A stretch of 64,000 nt of DNA from a virus. Both the position numbers and the translations under genes were made by a program. The stretch lies in IMG/VR virus record IMGVR_UViG_3300020474_000993. One strand, written 5' to 3'. Of the stretch, positions 1-7,564 are shown in pieces; positions within the stretch are counted from its first letter, which is position 1, and every line of letters starts with the position of its first letter. The notes below the pieces were generated by a model. It did no database searches. It worked only from the letters and a program-made list of their open reading frames with translations, and was not told the DNA's origin.

Positions 1-948
1 CTTTGGGTCTGGTGCCGGTAGTTTTTCTGGTGCTTGAATTTTAACATCTTTTACATCTACCGTTTGTGTAGTTGCTTGGCCATCTACTCCTGCTATAGTA
101 AGGTTACCCTTTGCAGATTGCACTACAGGTTTACCACCATCTTTTGTAGTACCAACAACATCTGGAGTTGGAGTTGGTGTTTTAGGTTTACCACTGGGGT
201 CTAACTTTGGCGCCGTTCCAGTTAGTTTATTTTTAGCTGCAACTACTGTTTTTGGTATCTTGGTTACTGCAACTGCTGCTGAGGTTATAAGTTTATCCAT
301 TCCTTTAAGACCATTCATAGCAGCGTCAACTACTGACAAAGCAGCTTTTGATATTCTTGCTCCTATGTCACCAAAAGCATCTTGCACACTTTCAGCAATT
401 GTCTCAACCTCTTTTTTATCATCATCACCAAAGAGAGAATCAAAGAAACCACCAGCAAACATTCCAGCTGCTAATCCTCCCACAGCTGCTCCTGTGGCAC
501 CTATTCCTTTTGAACCCCCAGCACTCATACCAAGTCTATTACGAATAGAATCTTCTGATTCAACTGCTGGCCCTTTCTGACCAGATAATCCAGAAGCCAT
601 TATTGCTGTGTCCCCTTTGATATTAACTAATACCTTTTCAATGTCTTGTAATTGATTTACTACTGGGTCTTTACTAGCAACATCTGATAAGGTTGAAGTT
701 GCCTGTGAAGCTGATACAGTCTGACCACCCGAAGACATTCCACTCCCGCCTTGAAAACCTGCCCCAACACCACCACTTCTACCAGCAGAATTTGCCTGTG
801 ATGGTTGTTGAATGTCGTTGCTGCCTCCAAAAAGAGCGTTACCTAATCCATATCCTGCTGCTGTTCTTGTTATCGATGTTTTACCACCTTGTTTAGCTGT
901 TGCTCTGCCTGCTGGTGCTATGAATCGACCCACCGCTGCTCCTAACAT
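1..948 (-). CDS. Probable tape measure / baseplate hub tail-length protein (gp29-like), runs off the window's left edge
   Basis: Not in ORF track because it is open at the edge. ATG at 948 with GGAGA SD, open frame to base 1 (MLGAAVGRFIAPAG...PAPDPK), Gly/Ala-rich; follows gp26/gp51 as in T4-like phages. Confidence 0.55.
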   Translation of the reverse strand, partial: MLGAAVGRFIAPAGRATAKQGGKTSITRTAAGYGLGNALFGGSNDIQQPSQANSAGRSGGVGAGFQGGSGMSSGGQTVSASQATSTLSDVASKDPVVNQLQDIEKVLVNIKGDTAIMASGLSGQKGPAVESEDSIRNRLGMSAGGSKGIGATGAAVGGLAAGMFAGGFFDSLFGDDDKKEVETIAESVQDAFGDIGARISKAALSVVDAAMNGLKGMDKLITSAAVAVTKIPKTVVAAKNKLTGTAPKLDPSGKPKTPTPTPDVVGTTKDGGKPVVQSAKGNLTIAGVDGQATTQTVDVKDVKIQAPEKLPAPDPK

Positions 949-949
949 T

Positions 950-1141
950 TTATTGTCTCCACTTATTAGACTTCATATCGTCTGCTTTCTTTTTTAAATG
1001 TTGGACTAACATTGAGATATATACTTGCCTTTCCCACGGAACCCAACTCTCTATTTCTGTTAAACTATATTTATGTTCTTGCATAAGTAGAAAGTTAGTT
1101 TTAAAGTAATTTTCCAAATTTTCGTGAAAAAGGCTTATACG
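950..1141 (-). CDS. gp51: gp51-like hub assembly segment, probably expressed as a -1 frameshift extension of gp26
   Basis: Hand translation RISLFHENLENYFKTNFLLMQEHKYSLTEIESWVPWERQVYISMLVQHL..., matching the NYxKTNFxLMQxHKYSLTE..PWER motif of marine T4-like gp51; no ATG before the conserved block. Confidence 0.8.
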   Translation of the reverse strand, partial: RISLFHENLENYFKTNFLLMQEHKYSLTEIESWVPWERQVYISMLVQHLKKKADDMKSNKWRQ

Positions 1142-1836
1142 AAAAAATCGTAATATCCATTTAAATAGGTTATATTACTCTTTTCGCATTTAGGGCATTT
1201 ATATTTAATCTCATTTTCCATTACAGGCATTGATTCAAAAAACTGTTTGAAGGCTTTGAATTGTTGAGAAGTAAGGTTATCAATAAACTCTGTTTTATCC
1301 TCTTCTTTTAATTCATCAGCATCCACGATACTGTCGCCAGAAAATATCGTTTTCATACACAATTGTGCAACTTTAAACACATCACCTTCTGTTTCTGATT
1401 TACCCAACATCGTCATTTCTTTTGCATTGGGATATCTCATTTCAACCGATACATTTTCAGAGAGTCTCACGGTTTTTTCGTGACCCTCTGTTTCGTAAAG
1501 TTCAAAGTTATTCAAATCAACGATGATGTCAATTTTGTGTTCACAATGACCACACCGAAGTATTGCCTCTATTGTTTCTGATACTGAGACCTTTCTTAAA
1601 TTTAAGAAGATATTCTGCATATCAAACACTGGAAGTTCATCTCCATGAACTTTACCAAAAGAACAGTTAGTGATGATTTGTTGTGTTGCTTTCATCATCT
1701 CCTCCATATCTTTTGTTTCGTTTGCTAGAATAAGCAATTTCTCTTCTTTAACTAGGAAAGGTCTGAATTTTACACTCTTGTTAAGAGTGTGTACATGAAC
1801 ATCTATCAGTGGATGTTCTGTCTGTGGTAGTGCCAT
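1135..1836 (-). CDS. gp26: Baseplate hub assembly protein gp26 (paralog 1)
   Basis: MALP start at 1836 with GGAGG SD; FRPFLVKEEKLL, CxxC pairs (CGHC, CPKC), MRYP, ends DFFV. Confidence 0.9.
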   Translation of the reverse strand: MALPQTEHPLIDVHVHTLNKSVKFRPFLVKEEKLLILANETKDMEEMMKATQQIITNCSFGKVHGDELPVFDMQNIFLNLRKVSVSETIEAILRCGHCEHKIDIIVDLNNFELYETEGHEKTVRLSENVSVEMRYPNAKEMTMLGKSETEGDVFKVAQLCMKTIFSGDSIVDADELKEEDKTEFIDNLTSQQFKAFKQFFESMPVMENEIKYKCPKCEKSNITYLNGYYDFFV

Positions 1837-1850
1837 ATTATCCTCCAAAC

Positions 1851-2534
1851 CTATTCCGAAAACGCCATATACCCATTCATCATATTGGTATTTGTCGTTT
1901 CGCACTTTTCACAATTAAAAACTATTTCATTTTCAACAACTGGTATTGTTGCAAAAAATAAACTAATTTTGTTGAATTCTTTTTTTGTTAAGTTGTCAAT
2001 AAAACTTTCTTTTTCTTCCAATGGAATATCAGATATCATTTCGCCATTGTACTCTACTTGTTCAATACATAAGGATGCGATATCAAAAAAATCTATCATG
2101 TTATTGTTTTGTTGTTCTTGTAACATTGACGCGGTAGGATATCTCATTACCAATTTCAAGTCATCTGTTATCTTTATGACATTAGTGTGTCCCTCAACAA
2201 GATTCATTCTAAAATTATTTAAGTCAATGTCTACAGTATTGAATTCCTCACACTCACTACACATTATGTTGTATTGTAGTGGGTCAGTTTCAGATAGTAT
2301 ATGTAATTGAATCCAAATATATTGCATATCGAAAATAGGCAAAGTATTCGCGTCTACTTTACCTAAAGAACAATTAGATATACATTGAGATATGTTTTCG
2401 AGTAATTTTTCTTTACTTTCATCTGAAGACTCAATCAGTCTTTCTTCTTTAACTAAGAATGGTCTAAATTTTATTTCTTCATCCAAAGAAGAAACATAAA
2501 TGTCCGTCAAAGGGTAATCCGCCTTTGGTAACAT
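1851..2534 (-). CDS. gp26: gp26-like paralog 2
   Basis: FRPFLVKEE, LPIFDMQYI, CSEC/CEKC, MRYPT; colinear with paralog 1. Confidence 0.85.
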   Translation of the reverse strand: MLPKADYPLTDIYVSSLDEEIKFRPFLVKEERLIESSDESKEKLLENISQCISNCSLGKVDANTLPIFDMQYIWIQLHILSETDPLQYNIMCSECEEFNTVDIDLNNFRMNLVEGHTNVIKITDDLKLVMRYPTASMLQEQQNNNMIDFFDIASLCIEQVEYNGEMISDIPLEEKESFIDNLTKKEFNKISLFFATIPVVENEIVFNCEKCETTNTNMMNGYMAFSE

Positions 2535-2558
2535 AACAAACCTCCAATAATTTAATCA

Positions 2559-3191
2559 TTAATCCAAAGCATCACTAATACTGCCTAGAATTTTACTGTT
2601 TATAGCATTTTTAACACTTCCTTTACGAAGACTAAATATACCAAATAACTTTTCTGCTTCACCAGCATCAACACCCCTAGATACCCATCTCCTAAATGCA
2701 AATGTTACATTGACTCGTACAATACCTTCCGCACTTTGCCCCATAGGTAAGATATTCATAAGTCTTGGGAACGCATCATAGAGTTTCCATCGTGTTACTC
2801 TATTGTCCTCTCTATCCAATGCAAAAATTTCTACAGTACCAGTATATTCATCTGGAAAGGTTACTTCTTTTGATAGTGGGTTAGCTATTTTGGTCATCCA
2901 ATCCTCAAAGTATGTTCTTACATCCCAATTAGAATCACAGAAAAAAGTAAAAGCTGCTGTGTCACCAAAATATTCTATACCATGTGCTCTATGTTCTACC
3001 CAACTACCAATTTGAGTTGACGCATACTTTATTTGCAAGCCTGGAATCTGTGCTTCTTCAACTTGCAACGAAACTTCTCTGTCGGTTAAAAAATTAGCAG
3101 GACTATTAATGATTACCTCAAATCTATTAGACCTAGCAAGGTCATCTTTTCTGACCTTGGATATAAAGTCGTTTGTTTTAAAATATGCCAT
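2559..3191 (-). CDS. gp54: Baseplate tail tube initiator
   Basis: LARSNRFEV, AFP..., tube-like (gp19 family) motifs; synteny with gp2/gp4. Confidence 0.8.
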   Translation of the reverse strand: MAYFKTNDFISKVRKDDLARSNRFEVIINSPANFLTDREVSLQVEEAQIPGLQIKYASTQIGSWVEHRAHGIEYFGDTAAFTFFCDSNWDVRTYFEDWMTKIANPLSKEVTFPDEYTGTVEIFALDREDNRVTRWKLYDAFPRLMNILPMGQSAEGIVRVNVTFAFRRWVSRGVDAGEAEKLFGIFSLRKGSVKNAINSKILGSISDALD

Positions 3192-3760
3192 TAAATCATC
3201 CCTCTTGACTGACTGAATACTTTTGTTTTGTTGGTATTAAAATCTTCTACTGGTAAAAATATTGCTCCCTTCCAATCTTGCGGATTTATTTCATAAAACC
3301 TAGACCTTATATGAGTAGTTAAATATCTTTTAACACAGGGTTTTACTTCTGGGAATGTTGCTGAGTTTGACAATAGACTCCAGTTATATCGCATTGTTGT
3401 TTTATCATCTATTGTTCTATCTTGTACGGTCTCCATTAATTTACCTAGCAATTGAGCTCTCATCATGTAAGGTAGATAGTGTAGGTTTAATCCCCAGAAC
3501 CCATTCTCAGTAGGTTCAAAGGGAAGACACAAGGGAAACGCATCGAAGTATGGTAACTTTTCTTTGTGTTTAGCATCATATCTAAACATGTACATAGAAC
3601 CAATTTCAAATTGACTTACTATCTTTCCTATGTCAGATGATATGGCGCTAGATGGACTAGTTACGCCACGCATAACTTGTCTAACTTGGTTCATATACCA
3701 GTTAAAAGACTTCCTCCCAGAATCGGAGTTTGGTCTAATTTGTAGAAATGGATTTGCCAT
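3191..3760 (-). CDS. gp2: DNA end protector protein
   Basis: GSMYMFRYDAKHKEKLPYFDAFPL, GLNLHYLP, CVKRYL, AIFLPVEDF. Confidence 0.92.
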   Translation of the reverse strand: MANPFLQIRPNSDSGRKSFNWYMNQVRQVMRGVTSPSSAISSDIGKIVSQFEIGSMYMFRYDAKHKEKLPYFDAFPLCLPFEPTENGFWGLNLHYLPYMMRAQLLGKLMETVQDRTIDDKTTMRYNWSLLSNSATFPEVKPCVKRYLTTHIRSRFYEINPQDWKGAIFLPVEDFNTNKTKVFSQSRGMI

Positions 3761-3765
3761 GGGAC

Positions 3766-3773
3766 TATTTATA
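3766..3773 (-). promoter_or_regulatory. T4-type late promoter TATAAATA for gp2
   Basis: Exact consensus on minus strand, 5 nt before the gp2 ATG. Confidence 0.8.
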
Positions 3774-4212
3774 CACTCGCGTAGATACCCAATTCTTTTT
3801 CGGTGATTATTTTAAACTCCCAACCTCTATTGTCACAGAACTCTTGTGCCGATTTCCACTTTGCTTCATTGATACCATAGTTGGCAATTTCTTGTAAGTA
3901 TTTTTTTGTTTTCTTTCTTGGTTCTGGGGGTTTTGTAAATCGTTCTGGTTTTATTTCTATGAGATATGTACCACCAACTGTTTTTAGATAGAAGTCAACA
4001 AAGTAACGATGTATTCTTCTATCGATTGGTGACCGATAAGGTATCGCTATGGGTTCAGATGCCCACTCTAAAACATCTTGGTTCTTGTCGCACCAGTTCA
4101 TGAATTTTAGTTCATATCCAGACCTATAAATAACTTCATTGAGGTCGCCACGATATTTTTTTGTGTTTTTTGGAATAAATTTCCCTTGGTGGATATCTTT
4201 TCGGTACGGCAT
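3769..4212 (-). CDS. gp4: Head completion nuclease (TnsA-like PD-(D/E)xK)
   Basis: KYRGD, YRSGYE, WASEP, HRYFVDF, EIKP, NEAKW, ITEKEL. Confidence 0.93.
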   Translation of the reverse strand: MPYRKDIHQGKFIPKNTKKYRGDLNEVIYRSGYELKFMNWCDKNQDVLEWASEPIAIPYRSPIDRRIHRYFVDFYLKTVGGTYLIEIKPERFTKPPEPRKKTKKYLQEIANYGINEAKWKSAQEFCDNRGWEFKIITEKELGIYASV

Positions 4213-4214
4213 CT

Positions 4215-4222
4215 TATAAATA
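4215..4222 (+). promoter_or_regulatory. Late promoter TATAAATA for the gp48 operon
   Basis: Exact consensus in the divergent gp4/gp48 intergenic region; a minus-strand AATAAATA (4243-4250) may drive gp4. Confidence 0.8.
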
Positions 4223-4265
4223 GTCCAATAATAACATACTACTATTTATTCGGAGTTTTATACAC

Positions 4266-5591
4266 ATGGCTATGGACTATGTAACAGATTTATTTGACCG
4301 CATTTTTGGAAACAATTCAGAGGACGCGGGCAACCCAGAAAATACGGCTAATGATGTTGCTAAAGCAAACTCCACTGCTGCTGATAAAGACTTAAGCGAG
4401 AACTTCAAAAAAAGAACCGATATCAAAAGAAACAAAGTAACCCATCAAATGTTATCCTATCCAGACAATATGGATAATACAGAAGAATTTCCTCATCAAA
4501 TTCAGTTCAATGTTTTAGTTAGGACTAGCGATAGTGAAGCTGCCGATTCTCAGTTTGCAGATTTGCCTCCAGCTGGATATGGAGAGGATCTAATGAGTCA
4601 AGGTTTGAGTAACGAGGGTGCTAACGAATGGGTAAGAAGAGTATCGAGCGCTGCTCTTGTAGGCACATCGGTTGCTTATGCATTGGGTAGTAACGCAAAT
4701 CTAGTGAAGAAAGCAGCAGCTGTAACTGGTGCCGGTGTTCTCTCGCGGTGGTTTGGAGATAATATGGCTAAGTTAACCACCCCTAGTTTAACAAGGAAAA
4801 ATGTTGCTTCTATTAGAATGGCTATGCCACAATCACCACAAAATAAAATGCAGGCAGAGTGGGATGTTACAGATTTTGGCGCTCTTATGGGTGCAATGGC
4901 ACAGGCAGATGGTGATAAGGGTTTAGCGGAAATGATTAAATCCGCAGACATGCAAACCGAAGCAGGACAAACTCTCATGAGAACTGCTGCTGGTGCGTTG
5001 AACATAACTAAACAATTGGGGTTAAATTTGCCTTTGCAGTCTAGTATAGAATTAATGACTCGTAAAGTAAACAACCCATTTAAAGAAACTCTTTTTAAGA
5101 CTATGGGATTCAGAAACTTTCCCTTTGTATTTAAGTTTGCGCCAAAAAACAGAAATGAATTATTACAAACATTAAAAATTATTAATGTTTTTGAAAGGTA
5201 TATGGCTCCTCAAAAATCTCCCGGCCAATTATTCCTTGAGTATCCAGCTGAGTTTGAGATTGTATATATGTACAAAGGAAAGGAAAATGCTTACTTTACC
5301 AACTTCTTCAATGATACTGCTTTGACTAGTTTTCAAGTTGACTATGGTAGCGGTGGTATATTTACAGCCTTTCAAGGAACAGAAGGTGCGCCCACAGAAA
5401 TTACTATGAGTCTAGGGTTTCAAGAACTTACCCTACTTGATAGAGATAAAATTGTAGACTTTACTGACCAACAAGAAGTTATGGGTGGATTTGACCAAAG
5501 TACTATGTTGCCTACTGTTCAAGGGGAACCACCAAAACCCGAGCAAAAACCAACTGGCAATGAAATAGACGAAAATACGAAGGCAGACTAA
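4266..5591 (+). CDS. gp48: Baseplate tail tube cap
   Basis: NPFKETLFKTMGFRNFPFVFKFAPKN, YPAEFEIVY, LTSFQVDY, FQELTLL. Confidence 0.9.
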   Translation: MAMDYVTDLFDRIFGNNSEDAGNPENTANDVAKANSTAADKDLSENFKKRTDIKRNKVTHQMLSYPDNMDNTEEFPHQIQFNVLVRTSDSEAADSQFADLPPAGYGEDLMSQGLSNEGANEWVRRVSSAALVGTSVAYALGSNANLVKKAAAVTGAGVLSRWFGDNMAKLTTPSLTRKNVASIRMAMPQSPQNKMQAEWDVTDFGALMGAMAQADGDKGLAEMIKSADMQTEAGQTLMRTAAGALNITKQLGLNLPLQSSIELMTRKVNNPFKETLFKTMGFRNFPFVFKFAPKNRNELLQTLKIINVFERYMAPQKSPGQLFLEYPAEFEIVYMYKGKENAYFTNFFNDTALTSFQVDYGSGGIFTAFQGTEGAPTEITMSLGFQELTLLDRDKIVDFTDQQEVMGGFDQSTMLPTVQGEPPKPEQKPTGNEIDENTKAD

Positions 5592-6103
5592 TGGCATTTT
5601 TTAGACAATTTCCAAGAACTTTTTACAACATAGATAATACTCTGATAAACATACCAGACATATTTCGCCGTGTAGTACCAACAGATTTATTTGATAACAT
5701 GTCTTATATGCTTGAATATGATATTCAAGATGGACAGAAACCAGAACATATTTCTTATGATATGTATGATACCGTTGATTATTATTGGTTAATATTGGTT
5801 TGTAATAATATCATAGACCCATATCATGACTGGCCTAAATCCCAACTTGATTTAGTAGAGTTTGCTAAACAAAGATATGGAGAAGAGAACCTAAATAAAG
5901 TTAATCACTATGTAGATTCAACTGATGAAAATATTAGAGTAAACTTTGACCAAACAAAATTTAATTTAAATGAAATTAGTATCGTTACTAACATTCAACA
6001 TGAAACAAATGTCAATGAGTCAAAAAGAAGAATAAAACTACCGAGAACAGATGTTGTCGAGGAACTTGCTGGACAATTTAGGTCATTGATAAGAGGAAGG
6101 TAA
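5591..6103 (+). CDS. gp53: Baseplate wedge subunit (LysM-like)
   Basis: FFRQFP, YDIQDGQKPEHISYDMY, YYWLILVCNNIIDPYHDWP, NESKRRIKL. Confidence 0.92.
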   Translation: MAFFRQFPRTFYNIDNTLINIPDIFRRVVPTDLFDNMSYMLEYDIQDGQKPEHISYDMYDTVDYYWLILVCNNIIDPYHDWPKSQLDLVEFAKQRYGEENLNKVNHYVDSTDENIRVNFDQTKFNLNEISIVTNIQHETNVNESKRRIKLPRTDVVEELAGQFRSLIRGR

Positions 6104-6109
6104 TATATT

Positions 6110-7564
6110 ATGGCAAAACCACAGGCAGCTGGATCAATAGACATAGGCCCAATTATGCTTAAAGCTTCTCCAGAAGCTGGAGGCAAAGAAATAGATATCA
6201 CAAATCTAGTTGGTGATATTGTTATTCAAGAAAGTATCCATACAAATTACATGACGATGGAATTGGCTATCGGTGATAGTGCAAATGTCTTGGGTACACT
6301 TCCTGTAGTCGGCGGGGAGTTAATAACAGTACATCTTACTTCCAATCATTTAAATAAAGAATCTTCAAGTCAAGTTATACATCAAACATTTGTTATTGAT
6401 ACTATAGGAGATAGAACATACAAAGATGATAGAGAATCTTTTTATAATATTACATGCATTACACCAGAAGGATATAAGAACAATACGACAGTAATTAATC
6501 AAAGATTTGAAGGGCCTCCAAGAGACATTTTCGAGGAACTATATGAAAGGTTCATCAAAGACGGAAAAGTAATTTCAAGCAAAGGTGGCCGCTATGCCAA
6601 TATAGAAGGCCCAGATTTAGAGTTTCTTGACATGAGTGGACAAACTTTTAAAAAAGATAATCATTGTTTTATTGCTAATTATTGGACACCTTACAAATGT
6701 ATGAATTATTTAACGGACAAGGTTGCACCAGCTCCTGCTGCTGGTAAAGAATTGATGCCTAATGTAAAGTATTTTCAGTCTGATAAGGGACATTATCTTT
6801 GCAGTCTTTCCAAGTTAGTTGCTTTTTATAAAGAAAGAAAAGCAATATATGATGAATTTTTCCTTCTTCCAAGTGCAGATGAAAATTTTATGATGAATGA
6901 AAAAAGAGCCACGGTTAGTGGATATAATTTTATGGCTCCATTTATATCTAAGAAATTTAATAAAATGATGAGTTTGGAAATTCCTTTTTATACGCATGAC
7001 ATAAAAGACCAAGCTTCTGGATTCCAAGGTAATATGACAGTTGGATTTGATATGACAACAAGATTACCATATCACATGGAGTTTGATTATTCTCCAAAAC
7101 AACCAGAACGAAGGACACAAAATATTAGGACGATGCCCCTTGGATATGAAGATTTTTTTCATATTGAAGATACTACAACCATGAGACAACTGGCACTATC
7201 GGAACCAAGGTCTGCTTTGAATGTGCAAATAGGTTCATCACAAATATGGACTGATAATAATTTTGGGCATGATTGGAGATTCTTTGTAGATACTGCTTTA
7301 AGAGATACAGCAACAGAAGAATTAAAAAGACTAGAAGTTGCAATAGAGGTGCCAGGCCGAACAGATATAGATTTGGGTATGCTGGTTTATTTAAACATTC
7401 CTAATACTGGAGAAAAAACTGGTGGCCAAACAGCTGAAACATTGTTTGATGCTAGAATGTCTGGAATTTATATTATAACTGGAATAAGACACGGTATATC
7501 TACTGCTGATAGTAATCACAAGATGAGATTGACTTGTGTCAGAGACAGTGTGGGGAGAGATTAA
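6110..7564 (+). CDS. Baseplate hub protein (gp27-like)
   Basis: Lies between gp53 and gp5; C-terminal VPGRTDIDLG...SGIYIITGIRH typical of hub proteins. Confidence 0.7.
   Translation: MAKPQAAGSIDIGPIMLKASPEAGGKEIDITNLVGDIVIQESIHTNYMTMELAIGDSANVLGTLPVVGGELITVHLTSNHLNKESSSQVIHQTFVIDTIGDRTYKDDRESFYNITCITPEGYKNNTTVINQRFEGPPRDIFEELYERFIKDGKVISSKGGRYANIEGPDLEFLDMSGQTFKKDNHCFIANYWTPYKCMNYLTDKVAPAPAAGKELMPNVKYFQSDKGHYLCSLSKLVAFYKERKAIYDEFFLLPSADENFMMNEKRATVSGYNFMAPFISKKFNKMMSLEIPFYTHDIKDQASGFQGNMTVGFDMTTRLPYHMEFDYSPKQPERRTQNIRTMPLGYEDFFHIEDTTTMRQLALSEPRSALNVQIGSSQIWTDNNFGHDWRFFVDTALRDTATEELKRLEVAIEVPGRTDIDLGMLVYLNIPNTGEKTGGQTAETLFDARMSGIYIITGIRHGISTADSNHKMRLTCVRDSVGRD

Noticed and set aside
260-997. 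Plus-strand ORFs 260-580, 348-548, 693-896, 812-997
   Set aside because: Antisense shadows of the minus-strand gene 1-948 that the track missed because it is open at the edge
3769-4212. TnsA-like nuclease as evidence of a transposon
   Set aside because: It is the conserved T4 gp4 head completion protein in its normal context
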